DNA of 63,176 nucleotides, filler included, from Octopus bimaculoides (lineage: Eukaryota), in the NCBI RefSeq assembly GCF_001194135.2. It is 10 parts of 8 records of this genome, joined end to end, with 100 filler letters (N's around TTAATTAATTAA, not from the genome) between each part and the next. Parts side by side here need not be neighbours in the genome. Positions count along the whole stretch, not along the records: positions 9,214 to 13,494 come from NC_068993.1; positions 13,595 to 19,745 come from NC_069009.1; positions 19,846 to 35,047 come from NC_068985.1; 7 more parts are not named here. One strand, 5' to 3'. The translations under genes were made by a program, and so were the position numbers. Under the pieces are notes generated by a model. It was not told where the DNA came from. It made no database searches and saw nothing but the letters and a program-made list of their open reading frames with translations. This document shows, in pieces, positions 13,341 to 25,351 of the stretch; position 1 is the stretch's first letter, and the number at the start of each line of letters is the position of its first letter.

Positions 13341-14759
13341 CACACAACCACGCCTGCGCCTAAATAGGACGTGAAAAATATTAAACGAACGAATATTTTT
13401 TACAGCTCTTCACATTCTGGGAAACTGGAATCGTACAATATTGCATATTTTTCAGATTAATAAAGGCAGCTCTGGTTTTATAAGAATCACATACNNNNNN
13501 NNNNNNNNNNNNNNNNNNNNNNNNNNNNNNNNNNNNNNTTAATTAATTAANNNNNNNNNNNNNNNNNNNNNNNNNNNNNNNNNNNNNNNNNNNNACATCA
13601 CGCCTACATCATGCCAGCCCCTAAATCTCCCATAACTCCTTTCATACATAAATAATACTGCATTGATTCACCACATACTCTCTCCCCCCTCTCTGCTCTG
13701 TCTGTCCTCCTCCTCTTGTCCGTCTCCTACCCTCTCTGTCTGTCCTCCTCCTCCTCTTGTCCTTCTCCTACCCTCTCTGTCTGTCCTCTTCCTCTTGTCC
13801 ATCTCCTACCCTCTCTGTCTCTTTGCCTGTCTCTGTAGTCTACCTCCTACTCCTACTCTAGCATTCTCCTCCTTACTCTCTCCCTCCTCACTTCCAACAC
13901 CCTCCTCCCACCACTCTCTCCATCCACACCTCCTGCTCTCTCTCTCTCTCTCACCCCCCTTACTCCAATCCTTCACCTCTTACTCTTCCCCTTACTCCTT
14001 ATTCCGTCTACCTCCACCTACTCTCTCTGCCTCTTTCCCCCCTCTCTCTCTCTATCTATCTTCCTCTTTCTTTCGTCTTCCTTACCTGTCCTCTCTCTCT
14101 CTCTTTCTCAATAACATTATTTAAAACAAAATGCAAAATTAAATATTGTAAAAACGTTTTAGTTGATTTTTTTAACTTTTTTCCTTTTTNNNNNNNNNNN
14201 NNNNNNNNNNNNNNNNNNNNNNNNNNNNNNNNNNNNNNNNNNNNNNNNNNNNNNNNNNNNNNNNNNNNNNNNNNNNNNNNNNNNNNNNNNNNNNNNNNNN
14301 NNNNNNNNNNNNNNNNNNNNNNNNNNNNNNNNNNNNNNNNNNNNNNNNNNNNNNNNNNNNNNNNNNNNNNNNNNNNNNNNNNNNNNNNNNNNNNNNNNNN
14401 NNNNNNNNNNNNNNNNNNNNNNNNNNNNNNNNNNNNNNNNNNNNNNNNNNNNNNNNNNNNNNNNNNNNNNNNNNNNNNNNNNNNNNNNNNNNNNNNNNNN
14501 NNNNNNNNNNNNNNNNNNNNNNNNNNNNNNNNNNNNNNNNNNNNNNNNNNNNNNNNNNNNNNNNNNNNNNNNNNNNNNNNNNNNNNNNNNNNNNNNNNNN
14601 NNNNNNNNNNNNNNNNNNNNNNNNNNNNNNNNNNNNNNNNNNNNNNNNNNNNNNNNNNNNNNNNNNNNNNNNNNNNNNNNNNNNNNNNNNNNNNNNNNNN
14701 NNNNNNNNNNNNNNNNNNNNNNNNNNNNNNNNNNNNNNNNNATATATATATTATGATTT

Positions 14760-15310
14760 ATCGATGTCTTTGCATCTTCCAATCTTGACGTCTACCAGAT
14801 TACCCGTTACATCTAGAAAATCTGGACCGTTTTGTGTCTTGACATCCGGATAGCTTCGTATCTGGCCATCATATTGTTAACATCTTGACCTTGTGACATT
14901 TTCATCTCATCTTTGACCTCGTGACATTGCAGTGTCTCTTCGTCGTATTTTGACACTGCGACATTCTCTCTACACGGCATATGGACATTTTGACGTTTCT
15001 CCACATCTTGACGGTGCGGTGTCGTCGTTTCTTCGCCTCTGCATCGCATCTTGACATTGCGACGTCATTTTGACAAACATCTTTTACAATCCCATGTTAA
15101 CATTACGACATCTCCATCTCTCATCTTGACATTACGACGTCTGTTCGTCACATCTTGGACATTATGACATCCCTCCGTCACATCTTTGGACATTACGACA
15201 TCTTTCCGTCACATCTTGACCTCTCCACTCTACATGTTGACATTGTGACCTCTCCACATTACATTTTGACCCTGTGACCTCTCCACACAACATTTTTGAC
15301 CCTGTGGCAA
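14760..15310. repeat. Degenerate minisatellite built from acatcttgacattgcgacatct-like units
   Basis: Recurring catcttgac / gacatt(g/a)cgac / ctctccac motifs spaced about 20-30 bp apart. Confidence 0.8.
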
Positions 15311-15550
15311 CAAAAACGACAGTTTGTGCTTTTTGAATAAAAAGTAATTTCTCAATTGTTCCTGTTTCACTTCTTTTCGTGTCACATGATACATATCACG
15401 TCACTTTGAATTTCAGCAGTTACCAGGATTATGTCACAATTTATATTGCAGAGATATGGGCAAGGAAGACACACCAGTCTTATTTCAGTTGACCAAACCT
15501 GTAAATCTTAGACAAGACACACAACTCTATCTACCTCAGTCAACCAAATC

Positions 15551-15931
15551 TGTTGTTGTTGGCACTCTGTCGCTTACGACGTCGAGGGTTCCAGTTGATC
15601 CGATCAACGGAACAACCTGCTCGTGAAATTAACGTGCAAGTGGCTGAGCACTCCACAGACACGCGTACCCTTAACGTAGTTCTCGGGGATATTCAGTGTG
15701 ACACAGTGTGTGACAAGGCTGACCGACCCTTTGAATTACAGGCACAACAGAAACAGGAAGTAAGAGTGAGAGAAAGTTGTGGTGGAAGAGTACAGCAGGG
15801 TTCGCCACCATCCCCTGCCGGAGCCTCGTGGAGCTTTTAGGTGTTTTCGCTCAATAAACACTCACAACGCCCGGTCTGGGAATCGAAACCGCTAGTCCGC
15901 TGCCCTAATCACTGGGCCATTGCCCCTCCAC
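15551..15931 (-). mobile_element. Near full-length SINE family B copy
   Basis: Head through to the tail ...cgtaagcgacagagtgccaacaacaaca on the minus strand. Confidence 0.9.
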
Positions 15932-16259
15932 ATACAAGCATATATGCAGATACATTCATACATAAATGAGCACCGTCTGTCGGTTACGCCGAGTGACTCA
16001 GTTCATCCAATCAGCTAAACAAACCCGCTTGTGAAATTAACAGGCAAGCGAACTAGTTAACCAATCGACCATGCTGTGTTAATTAGTGACGAATTAATTA
16101 GAATTACAGGATTAGACTTGTCTGTGGGGGAACTGTTTGGGGAGTGATTATATGGATTGTGGATGCCGTATTGAGATTTTGTTTTGATAAAAAAAAGAAG
16201 AAAAACCCAAGAGAGGGAGCAGTGACTAGCAACAGGTGGTGGTGGGGACGATGATGATG

Positions 16260-16584
16260 TGTGTTCAGCCCTTGGTCAGTCACGATCCAGTAGACCTCTA
16301 ACAGAGCATATCTCATCTTTTATTCATATTGTATCCTGGACTACGTTATCTAATGTACAGCATAGTAGTGAGTATTAGTGGCTATAGTTGTTCCAGCTGT
16401 GACCATCCCGTCTTTTATTCAGGCATAGTGTAGCTAGGACTACATTATCTAATGTATAGTATAGTAGTTCGTATTAGTGGCTATAGTTGTTGTTTAGCCA
16501 CAGGTCAGTCCTGATCCAGGGAGACCTATGATCAAACACGTTCCACCTGTGACCATCCCATCTTTTATTCAGGCATAGTGCATC
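16260..16584 (-). repeat. Tandem modules of SINE family D tail (related to 61.5-62.2 kb)
   Basis: Duplicated ctgtgaccatccc.tcttttattcaggcatagtg and ggactac.ttatctaatgta units. Confidence 0.6.
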
Positions 16585-16782
16585 TGTTGTTGTTGGCACT
16601 CCGTCGCTTACGACGTCGAGGATTCCAGTTGTGGTGGAAGAGTACAGCAGGGTTCGCCACCATCCCCTGCCGGAGCCTCGTGGGGCTTTAGGTGTTTTCG
16701 CTCAATAAACACTCACAACGCCCGGTCTGGGAATCGAAACCGCGAGTCCGCTGCCCTAATCACTGCACCATTGCGCCTCCAC
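16585..16782 (-). mobile_element. SINE family B copy with internal deletion
   Basis: Tail joined to the 5' half at AGTTG; about 180 bp missing relative to 15551-15931. Confidence 0.9.
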
Positions 16783-16789
16783 GATTAAC

Positions 16790-17135
16790 CACATGGGCTC
16801 ACATAAAATAACATTGAAAGTCAAAAACAGGAAGATACAAAGGGTTTTATAGCGTGTAAAACAATATAATAACAGTTAAAAATTAAACTCCGAATAGAGG
16901 AGGTGCTTTAAGGCGCTTGTGGAAAAAGCCATGGGTGCCTGAACAATAGGGCAAGAGCCCTTCTGTTTTTTTAACTGGTGCATGCTCAGAATTGGTCCTT
17001 TCACACTGGCCGTTCTTCCAACATTCACCCCACTTTCAACAAACTTGTTACAAGGCAACACTTCCCTCTCCACCCTCAATTTCCTTTTCAAGGATTTACG
17101 TAACTCTTCACAGAGGTACACAGTCATGACAAAGA
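16790..17135 (-). mobile_element. Possible L1/Tx1-type LINE ORF2 C-terminal remnant
   Basis: Reads EELRKSLKRKLRVEREVLPCNKF, recalled as resembling Tx1-like ORF2 ends; no database check. Confidence 0.35.
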
Positions 17136-17139
17136 GCGC

Positions 17140-17940
17140 GCTTCGATTGTAATCGATATTTTATTGGTTGGACGATATTTCCACAGTGTAAACCTGTCTT
17201 TGTCGAGTTCAAAATAAGAAGTGATAAAAATTCAAGATAATAGAAATTTAAATTTAAAGTATGAACGAGAGCAACCAGCGTCCACATGATGGAATGACAT
17301 CATCTGTTTTTAAGTTTCAATTTTATAACAGGCGAAAAGAAAAAGACAATGAAAGAGGAAAGAAAAAAACAGGAAAAAAATCGAATATTTAATCAAACAG
17401 TTTTGTATAAACTTGATGATATTCTCCTGTCATTTTGTTCATTCCTCCAGGGCGTGATGTTAATAACCCGCAAACATATTTCTCCTCGTGCATTTTGAGA
17501 AGCGAAAGAGAAGTAGATTCAGAATATTTTCTGAGAATATTCTCTTTCAAATCTTTTTCAAAATTGCAGCCGTTTGAAACGAAATGTTCATCAAGTTTTG
17601 TCGAACTACTGTTATTGTGCCTGACGTCATATCTGCGTCCATTGAATCTTTTGTTTAATCGTTCTGTTATACAACCAACGTAAATCAAGTTGTGTTTCGT
17701 GCATTCTGCCGCGTACACCAAAAGGGAATCTCTACATGTCCCATCGTCTGTATAAATCATAACATTTCTGTTATGATTCCTGATGGAATTCACTTGACTC
17801 ATGTTGTTGCACAATGAACAGGGCTCACCTCTCTTGCGGCTGTTTTTCAAGGTACTGCGTGCAGATACTCCAATGTTCGTTTTCTTGGAGTCAGAAATAG
17901 AGAAATCCTCTTATATTCTTATTCCGTCTAAAGGCTACAA
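17140..17940 (-). mobile_element. 5'-truncated Penelope-like element: linker, GIY-YIG endonuclease and T-rich 3' region
   Basis: Linker VAFRRNKNIRGFL (17900-17940, other frame), then ORF with PCSLC, TC..SLLVYAAECTKHNLIYVG...RLNKRF, EHF, E..Y...L.T..PGGMN: PLE GIY-YIG pattern. Confidence 0.88.
17389..17850 (-). CDS. GIY-YIG (Uri) endonuclease domain of the Penelope-like element, stop-free 153-codon frame
   Basis: VY-YVG bipartite motif, catalytic Arg (KRF), Glu (HEE), Asn (GMN), upstream CxxC. The TTG start shown is not a natural start. Confidence 0.8.
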   Translation of the reverse strand: MKNSRKRGEPCSLCNNMSQVNSIRNHNRNVMIYTDDGTCRDSLLVYAAECTKHNLIYVGCITERLNKRFNGRRYDVRHNNSSSTKLDEHFVSNGCNFEKDLKENILRKYSESTSLSLLKMHEEKYVCGLLTSRPGGMNKMTGEYHQVYTKLFD

Positions 17941-17964
17941 CAGGCGGCTGAGATCTACTAAAGA

Positions 17965-18270
17965 CACAAGGCCTGAAATTTTAGGGGAGGGGGACTAGTC
18001 AATTACATCGACCGCAGTGTTTCACTGGTACTTAATTTATCGATCCCGAAAGGATGAAAGGCAAAGTCGACCTCGGCGAAATTTGAACTCAGAACATAGC
18101 AATGTTCGAAATACCGCTAAGCTTCTGCTAGCTCGCCACCTTAATAATAGTAATAATCATCCTTTCTACTATAGACAGAAGGCCCAAAATTTGCGGGGAG
18201 GGGACGGACGAAATGCCGGTAAACGTTATAGTTCGGGATGCTAACGACCCTGCCAACTTGCCGCATTTCC
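17965..18270 (-). mobile_element. Two SINE family A copies (second internally deleted)
   Basis: acaaggcctgaaattttagggg...gtcgacctcggcgaaatttgaactcagaac; second copy jumps from gggagggg to gacgaaatgccg. Confidence 0.85.
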
Positions 18271-18575
18271 TTAAGATAGAGCTTGCTATATTTCCTTAAG
18301 ATACAGTGCGTCTAAGGGAGATAATTNNNNNNNNNNNNNNNNNNNNNNNNNNNNNNNNNNNNNNNNNNNNNNNNNNNNNNNNNNNNNNNNNNNNNNNNNN
18401 NNNNNNNNNNNNNNNNNNNNNNNNNNNNNNNNNNNNNNNNNNNNNNNNNNNNNNNNNNNNNNNNNNNNNNNNNNNNNNNNNNNNNNNNNNNNNNNNNNNN
18501 NNNNNNNNNNNNNNNNNNNNNNNNNNNNNNNNNNNNNNNNNNNNNNNNNNNNNNNNNNNNNNNNNNNNNNNNNNN

Positions 18576-18918
18576 TCTCACTCTTTCTTCCTGTTTCTGT
18601 TGTGCCTGCAAGTGGCTGAGCACTCCACAGACACGTGTACCCTTAACGTAGTTCTCGGAGATATTCAGCGTGAAACAGAGTGTGACAAGGCTGACCCTTT
18701 GAATTACAGGTACAACAGAAACAGGAAGTAAGAGTGAGAGAGAAAGTTGTGGTGAAAGAGTATAGCAGGGTTCGCCACCATCCCCTGCCGGAGCCTCGTG
18801 GAGCTTTTTTTTAGGTGTTTTCGCTCAATAAACACTCACAACGCCCGGTCTGGGAATCGAAACCGCGATCCTATGACCGCGAGTCCGCTGTCCTAACCAC
18901 TGGGCCATTGCGCCTCCA
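18576..18918 (-). mobile_element. SINE family B copy
   Basis: Same body and head; keeps the full head gaaaccgcgatcctatgaccgcgagtcc. Confidence 0.9.
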
Positions 18919-19496
18919 GCCATTAACTTATATAAGGTTAATAACGGAAATGGTTTGTGTATCAGTGCGCATGCTCTATAAAAGCGAGTCTAGTTGCCAA
19001 CGTAACGAGTAAGATGGCGGGTGTTTATCGAAGTGGAGTGACGCTGGTGAATAAGAAGAAGAACAAACCTACAGTAAGTTTATATATATGTATATAGAGA
19101 AAGGGAAACAGATATGTTTAGTGTGTATAGAGTGTTGAACTGTCTATGTGTATATATAAACGTCTGTATATAAAGTGTGTACTGGTGTTTGCGTGCATAT
19201 ATTTATACATCTGCATGTTTAGCTGTTGTAATGTAATACGTATTTTATACACACATACACACACACACACATAATGTGTGTGTGTCTGCATGTATATATA
19301 ACTGCTTGTATATAGTATGTACGTGTGTATGCCTGTCAACACGCATAAATACACATAAAATGTTTGAGTGGGTGTGTAGTATATGTTTGAATAGCTGTCT
19401 GCACGTGTATATATATATATCTATATATGTATATATCTATATATATATATGTATATATATATGTATATATATATGTATATATATATGTATATATAT

Positions 19497-19745
19497 GTAA
19501 TCAATTTAGATGAGATGCAGTTTGGGTTCGTGCCAGGTAAAAGCACTACTGATGCCTTATTTCTAGTGAGACAGTTGCAGGAGAAATACCTAGCTAAGGA
19601 TAAACCTCTGTACCTGGCTTTCGTTGACATGGAGAAAGCCTTTGACAGGGTCCCCCGATCCCTTATCTGGTGGTCAATGAGGAAACTTGGGATAGAAGAA
19701 TGGTTAGTGAGAGCTGTGTGAGCCATGTACAGAGATGCTGCCAGT
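19497..19745 (+). mobile_element. RTE-clade LINE reverse transcriptase fragment
   Basis: NLDEMQFGFVPGKSTTDALFLVRQLQEKYLAKDKPLYLAFVDMEKAFDRVPR; starts in a (TA) repeat and ends at a spacer. Confidence 0.92.
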
Positions 19746-19948
19746 NNNNNNNNNNNNNNNNNNNNNNNNNNNNNNNNNNNNNNNNNNNNTTAATTAATTA
19801 ANNNNNNNNNNNNNNNNNNNNNNNNNNNNNNNNNNNNNNNNNNNNATACAATATTAATATATATATATATATAAGAGGTAGATAGATATGTCTACATACG
19901 TACACACAAACATACAAACATAAATAGATACATACATACATACAGACG

Positions 19949-20017
<69 letters not shown>

Positions 20018-20779
20018 TGTGAGTGAGTGACAATTCATTTATGTGTAAAGGAACATATATAGATACAATCAGAACAGTTCATAGAACAACTGGCCCACAC
20101 ATTTTAAAAGCCTTCACCAACGTAAGAATCAGACCGCCCACCACTCTTCCTGTTTGCGACTATCCATGAGAGAAGAAATGCTTCTATGGGTATTAAAGCA
20201 ATTTACAATAACTTCGTTTGGCAAAAAGAATGTATGCTGCAGTTGTTCTATGACAAAATATCGCCCGTTTTGTTCATATTTCTGCCATTGTTCAAAGAAA
20301 TGGCATGATGTTTTTTTTCTTTCAAAGAATGTGTGACTTAATGTTAAAGAAAAAATATTCTGGTTCGTTTTCTATATTGTTTGTTTTCTGTGAAGTTGCA
20401 TTCATTTTTTAAATGTTTCTCTGATGGAGCGCTGTTACTCTGTCTCGCTGCCATTTTGAATACATACAAACAAGAAATCCAAATACCTTAGTTCTCCAAA
20501 CAGACGTAAATCACAAAAACAAGTTCTCGCCTCTTGTATTCCAGATATTGAGGCATGCCACAGAAATAAACATCGAACTATTACAGAAAAATCAACAACA
20601 TCTAATTCCTAACAGGCATTATATTTAAACGCCTTCCAAGAGCAAGTTTTAACAAGAATAACAAGATCAATAAAAATAACGATGACGATGACGTCACCGA
20701 GGACAACGACAACTACAACAACAATACCATCATTAAAAATACCAACAATAGGAAAGACATCAACAGCAATACTTATAAC

Positions 20780-21260
20780 TGTTTCAGTTTTCGGCACAAG
20801 GCCAGAAATGTTAAGGGGAAGAAAAATTCGATTGTATCAGCCCCATTACATTCCGGTACTTTACTGCATCGATCGCGGAAAGATGAACGGCAAATTTGAC
20901 CTTGTCAGGATGTGAACTCAGAATGCATAGATTATGAAGTAATGTCGCGCATAGTTATCGTCACCTTAGCAATTCTTTTCTACTCTAGGCACAAGGCCTG
21001 AAATTTTGGGGGATGGGGCAAGTCGATTAGATCGTCCCCAGTACGCAACTGGTACTTAATTTATCGACCCCGAAAGGATGAAAGGCAAGGTCGATCTCGG
21101 TGGAATTTGAACTCAGAACGTAAAGACAGACGAAATACTGCTAAGTATTTCGCCCGGCGTGCTAACGTTTCTCCCAGGTCTAGGTTGGGGGTGTCTAGTC
21201 GATTATATCAATCCCATTGCACACCAAGTACATATTTTATCGACCCCGAAAGAACAAAAA
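20780..21260 (-). mobile_element. Three tandem SINE family A copies
   Basis: Repeated ggcacaaggcc...gtcgatta...ggtacttaatttatcgaccccgaaagg. Confidence 0.85.
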
Positions 21261-21442
21261 ATCTTGATTGCACAGTTGATCTGTCTTGTCTATCTTCCTG
21301 TGTTTTTCGATTCTTCTAACGCTTGCCACTATTTCTAATATATAGTCATGATGCATTTCCAGTTAAGTCATATTTTTTCCGCATGAGCTAAAGCAAATGT
21401 TCCGCTTTTATTTTCGTTCCAACAAGCAGGTTGGTTTCTCTT

Positions 21443-21780
21443 TATTACCTCCACCTTTACGAAGGCGAAGTTATTGTTTCAGTCGCGTTTGTTTGTCCGT
21501 GGACAAAATATCTCAAGAACCGCTGGATGGATTCGAATGAAACTTTCAGGAATTTTTGGCCTCATGACTTCCACGAACTGATTAGATTTGGGGATCGATC
21601 TGATACCGAATAGGGATTCTGGATTATTTTTCCTGGTTTTCTACTTAATTTTTGAGAGCAGTCGGGTTCATTTTTAGTATTCTTGTTTGTGAAAGCAGTC
21701 GAGTTTATTTCAGATATTCTCATTATAAAAAAATCATCTCTGGCTAATGGTTGAGAGGTTGTTAGTAAGTTATTCTACTG
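21443..21780. mobile_element. Probable Helentron-associated (DINE-1/HINE-like) non-autonomous element
   Basis: Begins attacctccacc...gaaggcgaagtt (short subterminal inverted repeat), then gtttgtttgtccgt..caaaatatctcaagaaccgctggatggattcg..atgaaacttt; recognised from memory of that class. Confidence 0.55.
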
Positions 21781-22984
21781 GTATGTTTCATAGTGGAAAC
21801 AGATCAAGAAGTGGAGATTGGAAGTAATGAAAGTATCAAATAGAAGTAATGAAAGACGGAGACGGTAAAAGTGACACGAAGAGCGTCAGAGATACAGAAG
21901 AAGTAAAGTCGAAGGTAGACTGAACGGAAGCGGCATAAGAGGGGAGTGACTGGTTTGTCAGCCCTAAAAGGAGAAAAAAGGCGAAATCAAGAGAACACTC
22001 GCAAGGAGCAGCAGCATAAATAGAGAGGACGCCCAAAAAAGGTAGCGAGCCGCCTAAACACAAGCATACGCATACAGTAGAGACGGAACGAAGAGGGAAA
22101 ATAATTTAACGATAAGGCATACTTAGTCTACTACGTAAAGAGTGTAGAGGTAGAAAGGAGAATATCCAAGTGAAAGCGATTAGTAAGGGTAAAAATGCCA
22201 AGGGAGAAATTCAAGGAGAATGAAAAGTGTTTTTTTTTTTTTTTGAAAATCGATAGATACGACGTGTTCATGGATTTATATCGTGAATTGGTGACTAAAA
22301 TTCACGGGCCGGTATTGTATGATACTCTGCCGCCTGTGGTGGAACATGAAGATTTGGGAAATGTTAGAGAAAAATATAACACGATATGAATAATATGATG
22401 AAGATGTGAACAAAATGATGAAGATGTGAACGTTTTAATTTTAAAAAAAATGGGAAAAAGTTGTTCGAAATAACGACTAAATGTAACCACTCGACTTCGG
22501 GGGTCGAGTGGGAATTGCGCTTCCTTTTATCAGTTTCATAATTTTATTCGTTTGACGTTGGTGTTGCTTTGGCGGGGGTTTACGCTCTCTAAGTGCTCTT
22601 GTGTTTTTGCAATTTATCTCGAATCTAAAAAAAAAAAATACAACACAAAGGGAGCTAATCACAGAAGCTGCCTTTTGATAGCCGTCCTTCCAGCAGTGTT
22701 TTCTAATGCAGGTAATGCTGTTGATTGTCATGTAAACGATGATGCTAGGGTTGGCGTCAGTGCTACTTGGTCTTGCGACTTGTAGTGGAACGGATGGAGT
22801 GGCGTTGTTGCTGTTAGTGACGTCACGGGTGCATAATGCATTACTGCAGGTCCTTTTATTACTTTTGATTTTGCTGATGTTCGTCATGTTGTTTTTTTTT
22901 TCGATGTTGTTGCTGTATTTCGCTAACGGTTCATTACTCTTCGACGGTAAATGTGAAAGCAGCACCAGCAGCAGAAGCAATATC

Positions 22985-23053
<69 letters not shown>

Positions 23054-23609
23054 TGAAGATTCATTGACGTCATACGTACCAGGGAGTTGATGCGTGCTAA
23101 ACTCCTCCATGTTCCTTTAATTACAAAACTCTTATTAATTTTGTAGCCTGTTTAGGAAAAAGAAATAATGCATACTAAAGTTAACAATTATGAAATTAAA
23201 TTAGTTTTTTAGTCGTTTTAAAATATAAAAGAATTACAAGCAAAAGTGATGACGAACAAACCATTAGTCAAATTCATCTATTTCCCGATCGGAGCTACGA
23301 TGATTGTCTATTCGATCTTTGTCTATCGCAGAATCCACGCATCATCATTGATATATCAGAAAACTTAAACTATAAAACTAAGAAAGGGAAAATAAAGTAA
23401 ACAACGAAATTGTAAAAAATGCTGTATTTTATATATAATTCAATATATTTTTAAAGTGTACGCCGGGCGAAATGCTTAGCGGTATCCCGTCTCTGTGAAG
23501 TTATTGCGTGAGTTCATGTTGAAGTGTTTATCGAATTATTGCCATTGTTATTGATTTGAATTGTTGTTTGAATTGTTGCCAAAGTTGTTAATTCGTTAAT
23601 CGTTGTTTT

Positions 23610-23890
23610 GTTTCCCATTGTAGGAAAATGAAGAAGGCGCCGGAGGTAGGCCCAAGTTATGCGGCCGCAATGAACAAAGGAGTAGACGCGCGAGAGTTGG
23701 AGGTCCGCGAGATAAAAGTGCAGCCTAGAAAGATGAAGATAGAGTGAGAAATTAATCACAAAGGAAGGAAACATTTTGAAGCTAACACCGCCTGAAGAGC
23801 TATCGGCCAGTGTGACGAAAAGAACGGTTATATTTAAAACCATGAAGGCAGCCATGAGAAAGATAGAGATTGCAACAATAGAGGCCATAG
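23610..23890 (+). mobile_element. Possible LINE ORF1 5' remnant
   Basis: MKKAPEVGPSYAAAMNKG... (SYAAA motif common in LINE ORF1), interrupted by a stop/frameshift. Confidence 0.35.
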
Positions 23891-23907
23891 AGGAATGTGT
23901 TAATACA

Positions 23908-24726
23908 CGTCATTGGTTGGTTGAAATTACCGAAACACGACAACTTTAACACGAAATAACTTCGAAAATAGAAACTTTTCTCAACAACGCTAAGAGCAAA
24001 AGATGTTCTATACGACATGTTCTGCCAGTATACAAAGTTTCAAAGTGTTAAGTTAAAGGGAATTAATTAATCGAGCTGCCCATGAAAAGGAAACGATCCC
24101 TGATATGTATTAATTATAACAGGTAACGATATACATATATACCCAGCTGATTTGGTTTTCCTATCCAGACTATGAATTTATATTAATATCAATAATAATT
24201 GGACCACTAGGTCTGTTAGTAAATTCTTAAAGGAGAATCTGGATAAACTGGGATTTTCAGAGAGAGAAATCGACCGACTAATTCGTACAATTACAAGTGC
24301 AATCTGTGAGTGGAATAGTAAAAAATTGCAAGACTTTTCTCAAATTCCAAATGTGAATTTGTCTGTGTCAACTACATCCTAAAGATGGAGCCTTGTATCT
24401 TTGATGGAAACGGGTCCATTCCTCAGTGGAAGATTTATAATAATCAAAAAAATAAAAGAGACATACATACATACATATAAATATAAGATCCACGGATCGA
24501 GATGTAGGAAGAAAGTCAGCTTCAAGCAATCCGTAATAGACATTAAAAAAGCAACTTTCAGAGACAATAGTGATTTATTGAGACGGAAGGTTGTGGATTT
24601 TTTTCGTCATTGATTGGTTGAAATTACCGAAATACGACAACTTTAATACGTAATAACTTTGAAAATAGAATAACTTTGAAAATAGAAACTTTTCTCAACA
24701 ACGCTAAGAACAAAATATGTTCTATA
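23908..24726. repeat. Direct repeat pair of about 105-120 bp (23908-24012 and 24605-24726)
   Basis: cgtcatt(g/ga)ttggttgaaattaccgaaa...gaaacttttctcaacaacgctaaga.caaaa.atgttctata in both. Confidence 0.9.
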
Positions 24727-24774
24727 AGCTTAATAGAAGTATTTTTATATTTCACGGTAGACGAATAAGAATAC

Positions 24775-25341
24775 AAGAGTTAGGAAATGGAGTAAGTAAG
24801 ATCCGGGCTACACATGTTTCATAGCGAGCGGAACCTCAGAGGCAGTAAATATCCAAGCGCAGGTTACTCTTAAAACTAAGGATATCTTGATTAAATTAAA
24901 GGTTACATTGTGGCAAGGAAGTCCATGTTGACTCATGGAAAATTCAGTCAGAATGTCTAGAGAGCACAATAGGAAAGGAGAATACTTATTTTTCCCTATA
25001 TTTATACTCCCCTCTCATGCTGTGCTCTGAAGGTGATATTCGACTCAGTTAGTTTATTGTACTCCAGGGGTAGCAAAACCGCATGAGCTAAGTGATGTTT
25101 AAATGAGCAGACGCAGTTTAAGAAAGAGGGAGAGAGAGGAACCGATCAAGGGTAGATTGACTCTTCCATGCCTCAAAATGTACATCCTTGCACCAATGTA
25201 ACCTTTAAATTAATCAAGATATCTTTGGCCTGAAGTGTAGCCGGTGGTATACATCTCGCTCGAATATTTACCACTTCTGAGGCTCCGCTCGCTATGAAAT
25301 ATATGTAGCCCGGGTCTTATCTACTCCACTCCGTAACTCTT
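24775..25341. mobile_element. MITE-like foldback element with inverted arms of about 150 bp
   Basis: Left aagagtta...gggctacacatgtttcatagcgagcggaacctcaga...gatatcttgattaaattaaaggttacattg matches the reverse complement of 25185-25341. Confidence 0.85.
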
Positions 25342-25351
25342 ATATATATAT

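Noticed and set aside
21800-22400. Purine-rich ORF1-like stretch (DWFVSPKRRKKAK)
   Set aside because: Many stops and no diagnostic domain; possible LINE ORF1 remnant only.
22487-22511. 9-bp GC-rich hairpin CCACTCGAC/GTCGAGTGG
   Set aside because: Real stem, but no CTRR (Helitron end) or other context; single occurrence.
22477-23073. 198-aa and 105-aa ORFs; TGACGTCA sites near 22817 and 23065
   Set aside because: ORFs are extended by an (AGT)n repeat and have no recognisable motif; two 8-mers alone do not establish a promoter.
23908-23945. GGT/ACC stem followed by GAAA in the direct repeat, superficially hammerhead-like
   Set aside because: No NUGANNA core in register and no NUH site.
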